Origin: Candidatus Cloacimonadales bacterium
GTDB lineage: Bacteria > Cloacimonadota > Cloacimonadia > Cloacimonadales > JAFGVF01
Direction of reading: 5' to 3'
DNA: 64,000 nt
NCBI GenBank assembly: GCA_963667035.1
Contig: OY762964.1
Coordinates: 384,001 to 448,000 of the forward strand
Positions 50,116 to 60,760 of this stretch are shown one piece after another. Under the pieces are notes generated by a model. It did not search any database, had not been told where the DNA came from, and saw only the letters and a list, made by a program, of their open reading frames with translations. How positions within the stretch are numbered: the stretch's first letter is position 1; each line of letters starts with the position of its first letter. Position numbers and translations under genes: made by a program.

Positions 50116-52533
50116 ATGAGAAAAATATTATTAGTTTTACTTTTTGCCGTGTCAGTGTTATACATTAATGCAACAATTAGAGAAGTATCTCTTGATGGTA
50201 CACATGAATATACTTCTATTCCTTGGGCAATATATGAGTCAGTCGATGGTGATACAGTTCTTGTTCATCCCGGAAGATATCTGCAACATATTGATATTAT
50301 TGATAAGGAGATTACACTGATTAGTAATTACTTTTATTCTGGCAATAGAGATGATATTTACAATACAATTATTGATGCAAATTTTGACTCAAACTGCTTA
50401 AGATTGAATAATGGAGCTATTGCAGTTGTTAATGGTTTTTTAATGGAAAATGGTGTCGGTTTTCAGTCAAGTGGACAATACATCTACGGTGGAGGTATAA
50501 TGGTTTTTGAGAGTTCTTTGGAATTATCAAATAGTATTGTACAGAACTGTTCTTCAATTAATACAGGAGGAATTGGTGTTTATGAGAATAGCTATCTATC
50601 ATTATCTTCAAATATAATTAGGAACAACAAAGCTACTAATCAAGGAGGAGGGATTGGAGCAGTAAGTGGATGTATATTGTATTTTGATCCAATAAATCTT
50701 AATAGTATTTTTGATAATTATGGACAAGTACAAGATATTTATATGTACAATTCGACATCAAACAGTATCACGCTTGATACACTTAGTGTAGATATCTCTG
50801 CACCGGATGGATACTTTGTTTCCTACAATCATTATAGCGAACCTGCTCCTTCTATCTCAAGTAACAACCACTACACCACCCAAGTTGATTCTGATCTATT
50901 CGTATCTACGGTTGGAGATGATAGTAATGATGGCTTAACACCAGAAACAGCCTTAAAAACAATCGCCTATGCAACCAAACTAATTCAACCCAATGAGGTG
51001 AATCCCAATACAGTATTTCTTCTTCCGGGAATATATAGCAAAGAGTTGAATAATCAATTCTTTCCTGTGGCTGTTCAATCGAATACAAAACTATTGGGTG
51101 CAGGTGATGTTCCATTTGATGTCATTATTGGTGATGAGTTGAGTAATAATTCGATTTCAGTTTTCTATGCTGAAAATGTTGAAGTCGGAAACTTTCAGAT
51201 TAGAAGACACAATATGCATGATACATGGGCTTTCAATGTGCATAAGTCTGAGAGTATTCTTGTCAGAGATATTGATTTTGATGAAGCACAGAATAATAGA
51301 CCTGGATTTTCTGTAACTCATTCTACGAAGTTACAACTTAATAATTGCAGTTTTCATGATGTAATTGGAAATTATAGATTCATATATTTGAATACTTATC
51401 GTAGTGATGTTGTTATGAACAATATTATATTGTACAACAATGAAAGTACTGCATCCAATGGACATGTATCTTGCATTTTTTTAGACGACAGCTCAACTAT
51501 TGCTAACAATGTTATACTAGCCAATAATGTTCAAGCATATCCAGGTGCTCTTTTCCAATACGCAAATATTGAGTATAGTGGATTTGAAGATGGTTTAAGT
51601 TTAAGTAATTTTCTTATGTTCAATAATACATCAACAAACGGTACTTTACCAATGACAGTTTTCTTGTGTAACTATAACCCCAGTATTCTTTACAATATGA
51701 CTATTGCCAATAATACAGGACCAACAGGAGTACTTAGATTAGGGGGCGACTACACAGTTAGAAACAGTATTTTATACAACCCAAATGCAGGAGCAGAGTT
51801 AAACATCTGGGAACCAAGTTCCGGAGATTCAAATCCTTTATACTCTTATGTTGATGCAGATTATAACCTTATACGAGGTGGATTAGATGATGTTAATGGT
51901 ACTGAAGAACCCAATAACACCTTAGTATGGGGAAACCACAACATAGATACAGACCCACTATTCCGTGGAGATGTATATGGGGATGTGGAACTTGAAGATA
52001 TAAGATGGGTGCAACTGACGCAAGGATCACCCTGTGTGAATGCAGGAACACCGGATACGCTTGGTATGAACTTACCAACAGTAGATATTGCAGGAAATCC
52101 GAGAGTATGGGATAATATAATCGATATGGGTGCTTATGAATACAATTCCACCCCTAATAGTGATGAGACTGCTCCTACACCACCTGCGACAATACAGGTG
52201 TCTCATTTCCCTAATCCTGTTACACCGAATGGCAGTAACGGGAAAGTAGCATTCATAGAGTTTACACTACCTAAGAAACCGATAGGGAAACCAACCATAG
52301 AAATATATAATATCAAAGGGCAGAAGATTAGAGATTTAAAGATAACCCAGAGTTTCTCACAACTTGTAAGAAGTGCAGGATTATCATCAGAGGAGAAGCA
52401 AACCGGAGAGCATTACTCTAAGATATGGGATTGTAAGGATAATAATCGTAAGACGGTAGCTTCAGGGATATATTTCTATAAGGTTAGTTGTGAGGGTGAA
52501 GAAGCGATTGGTAAAATGATGCTACTAAAATAG
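50116..52533 (+). CDS. Secreted beta-helix (DUF1565/pectin-lyase-like) protein with FlgD/T9SS-like CTD, paralog 1
   Basis: Signal peptide, GDTVLVHPGRY, GGGI repeats, GDDSNDG, SPCVNAG...IDMGAYE, CTD. Confidence 0.85.
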   Translation: MRKILLVLLFAVSVLYINATIREVSLDGTHEYTSIPWAIYESVDGDTVLVHPGRYLQHIDIIDKEITLISNYFYSGNRDDIYNTIIDANFDSNCLRLNNGAIAVVNGFLMENGVGFQSSGQYIYGGGIMVFESSLELSNSIVQNCSSINTGGIGVYENSYLSLSSNIIRNNKATNQGGGIGAVSGCILYFDPINLNSIFDNYGQVQDIYMYNSTSNSITLDTLSVDISAPDGYFVSYNHYSEPAPSISSNNHYTTQVDSDLFVSTVGDDSNDGLTPETALKTIAYATKLIQPNEVNPNTVFLLPGIYSKELNNQFFPVAVQSNTKLLGAGDVPFDVIIGDELSNNSISVFYAENVEVGNFQIRRHNMHDTWAFNVHKSESILVRDIDFDEAQNNRPGFSVTHSTKLQLNNCSFHDVIGNYRFIYLNTYRSDVVMNNIILYNNESTASNGHVSCIFLDDSSTIANNVILANNVQAYPGALFQYANIEYSGFEDGLSLSNFLMFNNTSTNGTLPMTVFLCNYNPSILYNMTIANNTGPTGVLRLGGDYTVRNSILYNPNAGAELNIWEPSSGDSNPLYSYVDADYNLIRGGLDDVNGTEEPNNTLVWGNHNIDTDPLFRGDVYGDVELEDIRWVQLTQGSPCVNAGTPDTLGMNLPTVDIAGNPRVWDNIIDMGAYEYNSTPNSDETAPTPPATIQVSHFPNPVTPNGSNGKVAFIEFTLPKKPIGKPTIEIYNIKGQKIRDLKITQSFSQLVRSAGLSSEEKQTGEHYSKIWDCKDNNRKTVASGIYFYKVSCEGEEAIGKMMLLK

Positions 52534-52666
52534 GGTAGGTTTGTCCTGCCTGTTTCTAGATTTTGGGAGTGCATCGTCTTTGTCGATGCTTTAGTTAATG
52601 TACTCTTTTGTATGTCAACCACACTTAATAGATATTCGTTCAAGAGGAGCGATAACAATGTGTTTT

Positions 52667-52718
52667 GGAACGCAGGCATCTTGCCTGCTAAATATGCGGA
52701 CAGGGATGTCCGCGTTCC
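52667..52718. repeat. REP-like doublet
   Basis: GGAACGCAGGCATCTTGCCTGC...GCGGACAGGGATGTCCGCGTTCC. Confidence 0.8.
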
Positions 52719-52737
52719 CAGTAACAAAGCAGGTTCT

Positions 52738-55158
52738 ATGAGAAAAATATTATTAGTTTTACTATTTACCGTGTCAGTGTTATACATTAATGCAACAATT
52801 AGAGAAGTGTCACTTGATGGTTCACATGAATATACTTCTATTCCTTGGGCAATATATGAGTCAGTTGATGGAGATACAGTGCTGATTCATCCTGGAAGAT
52901 ATCTGCAACATATTGACATTATTGATAAGGAGATTACGCTGATTAGTAATTTCTTTTATTCTGGCAATAGAGATGATATTTACAATACAATTATTGATGC
53001 AAATTATGAGAATAATTGTATTCGTGTAGAAAATAATGCTATCGCAAAAGTAAATGGTTTCAGTTTCACTAATGGTATTGGTTATAGCTATTCAACATCT
53101 ACGTCATACGGTGGTGCCATTACAGTAAATAATTCTTCTGAAATGGAGCTCAATAATAGTATCATATCTAATAACTCAGCTGATTATACTGGAGGTGTAA
53201 ACTGCAATAATTCCAGCATACTTAGACTTTCAGGAAATGTAATAACCAATAATAGTTCCGTTAATGATGCAGGTGGTTTAAGTGCTACTGGAGAAGCAAC
53301 TTTATACTTTGATTCAATCAATTTGAATAATATATATGACAATTATGGGAAGATTCAAGATATTTATATGTACAATTCGACATCAAACAGTATTACGCTT
53401 GATACATTGAGTGTTAACCTAACAGAACCGGATGGCTTTTTTGTCTCTTTTGAGCATTATAGTGAACCTGCTCCATTAGTTTCTTGCATAAACCCCTATA
53501 TGACAAGAGTTAACTCTGATATTTATGTGTCACCCGATGGGGATGATAGCAACGATGGGCTAACTTCTGACACAGCATTACAAACTATTGCGTATGCTAC
53601 AAGGTTAATTGAGCCCAATGAGCAAAATTCTAATACAGTTTTTGTATTACCCGGGACATATAGTAAAGAGTTAAACAATCAGTTTTTTCCTGTCGCAGTT
53701 CAATCGCATACAAAACTATTGGGTGCAGGTGATGTCCCATTTGATGTGATTATTGGTGATGAGTTGAGTAATAATTCGATTTCAGTTTTCTATGCTGAAA
53801 ATGTTGAAGTCGGAAACTTTCAGATGAGAAGGCATAATATGCATGATGCCTGGGCGTTCAAAGTACATGAGTCTGAAAGTATTATTGTCAGAGATATTGA
53901 TTTTGGAGAATCTGTAAATAATAGAGCCGGACTTTCAATCTTTTATTCAAACAGAATAGACATACTTAATTGTTGCTTTCATAACTTCTTTGGAGCATCC
54001 AGATTTAGATCCTTAGTATCATATCGTAGTTCAGTTTTACTAAATAACATATTGATTTATGATAATGAAAGCACTGCAACTAATGGTAGAGTATCATGTA
54101 TTGATCTAGGAGATTCGGCTATTACTGCCAATAATATTGTTGTTACAAATAATCAGCAAGCATATCCTGGAACTCTTTTTCAATATGGAAACACTGGAAG
54201 TAATTCACCCGGTGGAAATATTGAGTTAAGCAATTTCTTAATGTATAATAACATATCGACAAGTAGTTCTTTGCCAATGATGATAATTCTAAATGACTAT
54301 GAACAATGCTATTTAAATAACATGACGATAGCAAACAATTCAGGACCTACTGGTGTGTTAAGATTAGGAGGCGACTACACAGTTAGAAACAGTATTTTAT
54401 ACAATCCAAGTGCCGGGGCTGAGTTGAATATCTGGGAACCAAGTCCCGGAGATTCAAATCCTTTATACTCTTATGTTGATGCAGATTATAACCTTATACG
54501 TGGTGGATTAGATGATGTTAATGGTACTGAAGAACCCAATAACACCTTAGTATGGGGGAATCACAACATTGATACTGACCCACTATTCCGTGGTGATGTC
54601 CATGGTGATGTGGAACTCGAAGACATAAGATGGGTGCAACTTACACAAGGTTCACCTTGTGTGAATGCGGGAACTCCTGATACACTTGGTATGAACTTAC
54701 CAACAGTAGATATTGCAGGGAATCCGAGAGTATGGGATAACATAATCGATATGGGTGCTTATGAGTATAATTCAACACCTAATAGTGATGAAACAGCACC
54801 AACCCCACCAGAAACGATACAAGTATCTCATTTCCCTAATCCGATAACACCTAATGGAGCGAATGGGAAAGTAGCATTTATCGAGTTTACCCTACCTAAG
54901 AAACCAATCGAAAAACCTTCACTGGAGATATTCAATATCAGAGGGCAGAAGATTAGAGATTTAAAGATAACCCAGAGTTTCTCAGAGCTTGTCCGTTCAG
55001 CAGGATTATCAAGCGAAGATAAACAGTCTGGTGAGTACTATTCCCAAGTATGGGATTGCAAGGATAATAATCGTAAATCTGTAGCATCCGGGATATACTT
55101 CTACAAGGTTAGTAGTGGTGGGGATAGTGCGATTGGTAAAATGATGTTACTCAAATAA
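52738..55158 (+). CDS. Secreted beta-helix protein with FlgD/T9SS-like CTD, paralog 2
   Basis: Start refined to MRKILL at 52738 by homology with paralog 1. Confidence 0.85.
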   Translation: MRKILLVLLFTVSVLYINATIREVSLDGSHEYTSIPWAIYESVDGDTVLIHPGRYLQHIDIIDKEITLISNFFYSGNRDDIYNTIIDANYENNCIRVENNAIAKVNGFSFTNGIGYSYSTSTSYGGAITVNNSSEMELNNSIISNNSADYTGGVNCNNSSILRLSGNVITNNSSVNDAGGLSATGEATLYFDSINLNNIYDNYGKIQDIYMYNSTSNSITLDTLSVNLTEPDGFFVSFEHYSEPAPLVSCINPYMTRVNSDIYVSPDGDDSNDGLTSDTALQTIAYATRLIEPNEQNSNTVFVLPGTYSKELNNQFFPVAVQSHTKLLGAGDVPFDVIIGDELSNNSISVFYAENVEVGNFQMRRHNMHDAWAFKVHESESIIVRDIDFGESVNNRAGLSIFYSNRIDILNCCFHNFFGASRFRSLVSYRSSVLLNNILIYDNESTATNGRVSCIDLGDSAITANNIVVTNNQQAYPGTLFQYGNTGSNSPGGNIELSNFLMYNNISTSSSLPMMIILNDYEQCYLNNMTIANNSGPTGVLRLGGDYTVRNSILYNPSAGAELNIWEPSPGDSNPLYSYVDADYNLIRGGLDDVNGTEEPNNTLVWGNHNIDTDPLFRGDVHGDVELEDIRWVQLTQGSPCVNAGTPDTLGMNLPTVDIAGNPRVWDNIIDMGAYEYNSTPNSDETAPTPPETIQVSHFPNPITPNGANGKVAFIEFTLPKKPIEKPSLEIFNIRGQKIRDLKITQSFSELVRSAGLSSEDKQSGEYYSQVWDCKDNNRKSVASGIYFYKVSSGGDSAIGKMMLLK

Positions 55159-55209
55159 ACCTTTAAAATGGTCTTTTGACCTTCTAAATGGTTGATTAGA
55201 TATTAATAT

Positions 55210-55287
55210 GGGCAGGCATGTCCTGCCCTTTTTTGGAACGCAGGCATCTTGCCTGCAAAGAATGCGGACAGGGATGTCCGCGTTCCC
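55210..55287. repeat. Terminator hairpin + REP-like doublet
   Basis: Same sequence as 49970-50094 without the insertion. Confidence 0.8.
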
Positions 55288-55306
55288 GGTAATAGCAAAG
55301 CAGGAA

Positions 55307-55420
55307 TATAAAACACTTTGTTTGATAATATCTTATTAACAGCACTGATTGCTATCAATGCAACCACTCTCAATGTTTCTATAGACGGGACTTGTCCATT
55401 TACATCATCAAGATGCAGTT
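55307..55420 (+). pseudogene. 5' remnant of a third paralog of the beta-helix family
   Basis: LLTALIAINATTLNVSIDGTCPFTS resembles YINATIREVSLDGTHEYTS; frameshifted; same position after a REP doublet. Confidence 0.6.
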
Positions 55421-55619
55421 AACAGAACACGTCAATAGATATCTTAACTAATCCAGCTTAAATAGAACATAATGTAAGGTCAACATGGTCATGCAATAGC
55501 TCAGCTTTAACATTATCAAATAACTATTTATTACCTCGTCATCTTCAAAGTATTTGACAATTTAGAATTTAGTAGATTTTTGTGACAAACTAACTAAATA
55601 CTATAAGAGAAGGTAAACA

Positions 55620-56822
55620 ATGGCATTTGATAAAGAGATGCAGATTATACTAAAGGGTGTTGAGGAGATAGTTCCCAAAGAGGAATTGTTAAAAAAACTT
55701 GAGAAATCAGAGAAAACCGGGAAACCGCTAAGGATAAAATATGGAATCGACCCAACCGGTTCCGAAGTGCATATAGGGCACCTTGTGCCAATAAGGAAAA
55801 TGCGTGAGTTTCAAGATTTAGGTCATATCGGTGTTATCATTATCGGTGATTTCACTGCTCAGATTGGTGACCCTACCGGAAAAGATGAATCACGTCCTCC
55901 TTTAACTGCTGACCAAGTAAATGCTAATGCAGAGAGATACATGGAGCAACTATACACTGTGCTTGATCCGGAAAAAACAGAAGTAAGATGGCAGAGCGAA
56001 TGGTTTGGAAAAATGGGTCTGGATGATGTATTGAAGATGCTAGGTAAATTCACATTAGCTCAATTTTTAGCTCATGATACTTTCAGAAGAAGATATGAAT
56101 CTGGGACTCCTCTTGGAATGCATGAAATCATGTACCCGGTTCTTCAAGGTTATGACTCGGTTGCAATTGATGCGGATATAGAATTGGGAGCAACAGAGCA
56201 AAAGTTCAATATTCTTACCGGTAGAGATATGCAAAGATACTTCGGTATGGAAGAGCAGATAGCAGTACTTTCTCCTATTCTAATGGGGACTGACGGTGTG
56301 AACAAAATGAGTAAGTCACTCAATAATTATATTGCCGTGTTTGATACACCTAAAGATAAGTATGGCAAAACAATGTCTATCCCGGATGATCTTATAATAA
56401 ACTATTTCAACTATGCAACACTACTTAGTGTTGAAGAGATACAAGCAATTGATGCGGAACTAAAATCTGGTTCTAACCCGAAATTTATAAAACAGCGTTT
56501 AGCCCGTGAGATTGTAAAAATGTATCACGGTGAAGAGGAAGCTAAAAAGGCAGAAGAAGAGTTTAATGCAGTCTTTAGTCAAGGCAAGATACCAACAGAT
56601 ATCCCAGAGTTTACATTCACTGAGAATGAGATGGATATTCTTTCACTTTTATCAGAAACAGAACTCTGCACATCCGGGGGAGAAGCTCGTCGTATGATAA
56701 AGCAAGGAGCTGTTTCTCTTGATGGCAACAAGATTGCCTCAAAGGACGAAATCATTAAACTGGAAGGAGAAATGATACTCAAGGTCGGTAAACGCCGTTT
56801 TGCAAAGTTAATTAAAGGATAG
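55620..56822 (+). CDS. tyrS: Tyrosine--tRNA ligase
   Basis: GIDPTGSEVHIGH, IGDPTG, KMSKS, C-terminal S4 domain. Confidence 0.97.
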   Translation: MAFDKEMQIILKGVEEIVPKEELLKKLEKSEKTGKPLRIKYGIDPTGSEVHIGHLVPIRKMREFQDLGHIGVIIIGDFTAQIGDPTGKDESRPPLTADQVNANAERYMEQLYTVLDPEKTEVRWQSEWFGKMGLDDVLKMLGKFTLAQFLAHDTFRRRYESGTPLGMHEIMYPVLQGYDSVAIDADIELGATEQKFNILTGRDMQRYFGMEEQIAVLSPILMGTDGVNKMSKSLNNYIAVFDTPKDKYGKTMSIPDDLIINYFNYATLLSVEEIQAIDAELKSGSNPKFIKQRLAREIVKMYHGEEEAKKAEEEFNAVFSQGKIPTDIPEFTFTENEMDILSLLSETELCTSGGEARRMIKQGAVSLDGNKIASKDEIIKLEGEMILKVGKRRFAKLIKG

Positions 56823-56824
56823 TA

Positions 56825-57478
56825 ATGTTTAATATACTATTGATAGCCGTAATTATCTACTCTATCATTTTGCATGAGATAAGTCATGGATTTGTTGCTC
56901 ATTTACTTGGAGATGACACAGCTTACAGACAAGGTCGATTAAGTCTTAATCCATTGAAGCATATAGATACTTTCGGAACAATTATACTACCATTGATGAT
57001 GTATTTGTTCACCGGAATGGCTTTTGGATATGCTAAACCTGTTCCTGTTAATCCATACAATTTTAAATCATATAAAAGAGATATGGGGCTTACCGCTCTG
57101 GCAGGTCCAATTTGTAACATCTCCATCTCAATTTTAATGGCATTTGTATTTGCTCTTCTAGTGAAATTTGGAGCTGTTAATTCTGCTGTAGGAGCTAAGT
57201 TCTGGCAGAACTTAATCCTGATAAATCTCTTCCTTGCATTCTTTAATCTGATACCATTCCCGCCTCTGGACGGCTCAAAAGTTCTGGGGATGTTTCTTTC
57301 AGATGAAGCTTATGTAAAATATACAATGCAAGAACGTAATGGAATGATAATTTTTATTGGTTTGATTATTGCATCCAGATTATTTAAATTCTCCATATTC
57401 AGTTATGTAGTACTTCCACCGGTTATGTTTGTTTACAGACTGATAATGGGATTAATGCAGTTATTACTAGGAATATAA
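56825..57478 (+). CDS. Site-2 protease (M50) family protein
   Basis: HEISHG, GRLSLNPLKH, AGP, FNLIPFPPLDG. Confidence 0.93.
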   Translation: MFNILLIAVIIYSIILHEISHGFVAHLLGDDTAYRQGRLSLNPLKHIDTFGTIILPLMMYLFTGMAFGYAKPVPVNPYNFKSYKRDMGLTALAGPICNISISILMAFVFALLVKFGAVNSAVGAKFWQNLILINLFLAFFNLIPFPPLDGSKVLGMFLSDEAYVKYTMQERNGMIIFIGLIIASRLFKFSIFSYVVLPPVMFVYRLIMGLMQLLLGI

Positions 57479-57496
57479 AAAATATAGGGAGGAATT

Positions 57497-58918
57497 ATGA
57501 CCTTAGATCAGATTAAAGAGATGATTGCTGAAGGTATGCTCAAAACAGTAGACCTGAAGTATGTAGGTCTTAACGGAAACTGGTATCACATCACATTCCC
57601 AGCAAGACGTTTAGAAGACGTTTTGGAATTTGGTGTTCCATTTGACGGATCAAGTATACCAGGAATGAGGGCTGTGGAATCAGGTGATATGGTTCTTATG
57701 CCGGATATCGAATCAGCTCATCTTGACCCTCTTAGAGATAACCCTACTTTACGTTTCATTTGCTCAATATGCGATGCCGATACAAGAGTTGGAGTTAAAA
57801 AGGACCCGAGAAGTGTTGCTAAAAGAGCACAGGCATACATGGAATCAACCGGTATTGCCGATACATCACTTTGGACTCCTGAATTTGAATTTCATTTATT
57901 TGATTCTGTAGAGTATAGCAATGACCAATACCAAGCCGGTTTTTCAATCTCTTCTTCGGAAGAAAAAAAAGCTATGAGTATGGATATTGAAGATACTCAA
58001 GGTTTATCTCAACAAGATGTTAAAGGCTATCACATGGACGATCCTTTTGATAGCTTTTTTGACCTAAGAGAAGAAGTTGTAACTCTACTCGAAGATATGG
58101 GTATCAAAATTCGTTATCATCATCATGAAGTCGGTCTTGGGTCTCAACAGGAGATTGAAACAGAGTTACTTCCTTTCCCGAAAATTTGCGATGATACAAA
58201 GGTTATCAAAGACCTTATAAGACGCGTTGCCTTAGAATACGGAGCTACAGCTACATTCATGCCTAAACCTGTATATAATGAAGCGGGTAACGGTATGCAC
58301 TTCCACATTATGCTTACAAAGAACGGTAAAAACATATTCTGGAAGAAAGGCGGATATGCGGACCTCTCTGACGAAGCTATCTGGTTTATGGCAGGTATTC
58401 TTAAACACGGACGTTCTATATGTGCTTTCACAAATCCAAGTACAAACTCTTATAAGAGATTGCTCCCGGGATTTGAAGCACCTGTTAAGCTCTTTTTCGG
58501 ATTAGCTAACAGAAGTGCTTGTATCAGAATCCCTAAATATGCGACTGAAGAAGATACAAAGAGATTTGAATTCAGAACAGGTGATGCTACTTGTAATCCA
58601 TACCTGGCAATGAGTGCTTTATTGATGGCCGGTTTGGACGGTATCAAGAATAGGTATAATCCTGCAGATTATAACTTTGGACCTTACGATGATAATATCT
58701 TTGCATGGCCTGAAGATAAAAAATCAACACTCAGCTCAGTACCTGCTAATCTGGAAGAAGCCTTGGTGGCATTGAAAGAGGATCATGAGTACCTACTTGT
58801 AGGTGATGTGTTCAACAAAGAACTCATTGAGAGTCATATCAATGAGAAAATGAAAGAATTAAAAGAGATTAATAATAGACCTCATCCTTACGAGATGAAT
58901 TTATACTATAACGTTTAG
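57497..58918 (+). CDS. glnA: Glutamine synthetase type I
   Basis: FDGSSIPG, HHHEV, ATFMPKP, GNGMHFH, NSYKRL.PGFEAP, NRSACIRIP. Confidence 0.97.
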   Translation: MTLDQIKEMIAEGMLKTVDLKYVGLNGNWYHITFPARRLEDVLEFGVPFDGSSIPGMRAVESGDMVLMPDIESAHLDPLRDNPTLRFICSICDADTRVGVKKDPRSVAKRAQAYMESTGIADTSLWTPEFEFHLFDSVEYSNDQYQAGFSISSSEEKKAMSMDIEDTQGLSQQDVKGYHMDDPFDSFFDLREEVVTLLEDMGIKIRYHHHEVGLGSQQEIETELLPFPKICDDTKVIKDLIRRVALEYGATATFMPKPVYNEAGNGMHFHIMLTKNGKNIFWKKGGYADLSDEAIWFMAGILKHGRSICAFTNPSTNSYKRLLPGFEAPVKLFFGLANRSACIRIPKYATEEDTKRFEFRTGDATCNPYLAMSALLMAGLDGIKNRYNPADYNFGPYDDNIFAWPEDKKSTLSSVPANLEEALVALKEDHEYLLVGDVFNKELIESHINEKMKELKEINNRPHPYEMNLYYNV

Positions 58919-58927
58919 AAAAGGAGA

Positions 58928-58952
58928 AGGGGGTTAAACAACCCCCTTTATT
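58928..58952 (+). terminator. Probable terminator after glnA
   Basis: AGGGGGTT-AAAC-AACCCCT + TTATTT. Confidence 0.55.
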
Positions 58953-58958
58953 TATATT

Positions 58959-59729
58959 ATGATTGATTTAATAAAACAACAATTTGAGACTCTTACTGCT
59001 AAATACCTGAAAAATGAACCGGATTATGATATTAACATCAATCTGAAAATTGAGCACTCTATTAGAGTTGCTGAACTAACAGAAAAAATTGCTACTTTAG
59101 AAACCAGATTTAACTTTGACCCAGAGCTTGCCTACACGGCAGGACTTCTACATGACATTGGTAGATTTGAACAATACAGACGTTATGCTAGTTTTAATGA
59201 CAGATTATCTGCCAACCACGGAGAGTTAGGCTATGAAATGCTTAAAGACTCCGACATGCTTGTCAATACAATGCCACTTGTATGGAGAGAGATTGTTTTA
59301 GCTGTTACGAGAACTCATAATGCTTTAAAAGTTCCAAGGGATTTAAATATTGTATCCAGAGAATATGTTAATCTTGTAAGAGATGCAGATAAGATTGACG
59401 TCATCAGATTATTTCTGAAATTGTTTAATGAGAAGAAGATTACCGAGTGCTTAGTGCACAAACTGCCTATAACTGATGATTACACTGAAAAATTAGCACA
59501 TAAGCTTATTAAAAATAAACCGATACTCGGCAAAGAACTTAAGACTGTAACAGACTTTAAACTCTTACTTCTTAGTTGGCTTAAGGATATAAATTATTCG
59601 TCTTCTGCCCGGATAATGATTGATGAGAAATTGGGACATGAGATAAAGAATACTCTTCCTAAAGACCAACTTATTGAAGATGCATATCAAGCTGTTCTTG
59701 GGAGTCTGAAACGCAAGTTCTCATTATAA
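58959..59729 (+). CDS. HD domain-containing protein
   Basis: LKIEHSIRV, LLHDIGRFEQY, HN, RDADKID. Confidence 0.9.
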   Translation: MIDLIKQQFETLTAKYLKNEPDYDININLKIEHSIRVAELTEKIATLETRFNFDPELAYTAGLLHDIGRFEQYRRYASFNDRLSANHGELGYEMLKDSDMLVNTMPLVWREIVLAVTRTHNALKVPRDLNIVSREYVNLVRDADKIDVIRLFLKLFNEKKITECLVHKLPITDDYTEKLAHKLIKNKPILGKELKTVTDFKLLLLSWLKDINYSSSARIMIDEKLGHEIKNTLPKDQLIEDAYQAVLGSLKRKFSL

Positions 59730-59796
59730 AAGAAAAGAAAGCTTGACAGGGTATTTTTTTTGATACTTATACAGAATTTATAAGGATGGTAGGAAA

Positions 59797-60750
59797 ATGA
59801 TAGTATTGACAGGAGGAGCTGGTTTCATAGGTAGTGCAATGCTATCTAGATTAAATGAAGCCGGCTATGAAAATATAATAGTTGTTGATTCTCTAAAAAG
59901 TTCATCCAAATGGAAGAATCTTCAGGGAAAAGTCTTTAATGATTATCTAGATAAAGCAGATTTATTTAGTTATTTAGCACACTTCGATACAGTTGAAGCT
60001 ATAATCCATATGGGAGCCTGCTCTTCAACAACTGAGATGAATGCAGACTACTTGATGGATAACAATTTTAAGTATTCACGTAGATTAGCAGAATGGGCTC
60101 TTGAGAAAGGAGCTAGATTCATTTATGCCAGCAGTGCGGCTACTTATGGAGATGGCTCAAACGATTATTCCGATGAATCCGTATTTGGGCTACGGCCATT
60201 GAACATGTACGGATATTCCAAGCAGTTAATGGACGAATATGTTTATAGAAACAGACTTGAGACAAGACTCGCCGGATTCAAATTTTTTAATGTATACGGG
60301 CCTAATGAATATCATAAAGGTAGTATGAAGAGCGTGGTATACAAGTCTTATCATCAGATTATAGCAAAGGGTTCGGTTGAGTTGTTTAAGTCCTACCATA
60401 TGGATTACTCAGATGGAGAGCAAAAAAGAGACTTTATTTATGTTAAAGATGTAGTGGAAGTTCTATACAAGTTTTTAACAAAACCGGAATGGAATGGGAT
60501 ATTTAATCTTGGAACAGGAGAAGCAAGAAGCTGGAATGATCTGGTAAAAGCTGTTTTTAAAGCACTTGATTTACCTGCTAAGATTAATTACATAGATATG
60601 CCGGATAATCTAAGAGGTAAATATCAGTATTTTACTCAAGCTAATACTGAAAAGCTTTTATCTTTAACCGGATATAAAATGACGTCTCTTGAAGAGGGTG
60701 TAAGAGATTATGTTATTAATTATTTATTAAAAGAGGATGGTAATTTATAG
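59797..60750 (+). CDS. hldD: ADP-L-glycero-D-manno-heptose-6-epimerase
   Basis: TGGAGFIGS, HMGACSSTTE, YASSAATYG, YGYSK, FFNVYGPNEYHKG. Confidence 0.95.
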   Translation: MIVLTGGAGFIGSAMLSRLNEAGYENIIVVDSLKSSSKWKNLQGKVFNDYLDKADLFSYLAHFDTVEAIIHMGACSSTTEMNADYLMDNNFKYSRRLAEWALEKGARFIYASSAATYGDGSNDYSDESVFGLRPLNMYGYSKQLMDEYVYRNRLETRLAGFKFFNVYGPNEYHKGSMKSVVYKSYHQIIAKGSVELFKSYHMDYSDGEQKRDFIYVKDVVEVLYKFLTKPEWNGIFNLGTGEARSWNDLVKAVFKALDLPAKINYIDMPDNLRGKYQYFTQANTEKLLSLTGYKMTSLEEGVRDYVINYLLKEDGNL

Positions 60751-60760
60751 TGAGGTTTGT

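Noticed and set aside
52612..52737. N-terminal extension of the 848-aa ORF
   Set aside because: Reads through the REP doublet; the true start is 52738 by homology and signal peptide.
50116..55158. Paralog pair as DGR template/variable repeats
   Set aside because: Differences are not restricted to adenines and span whole genes.
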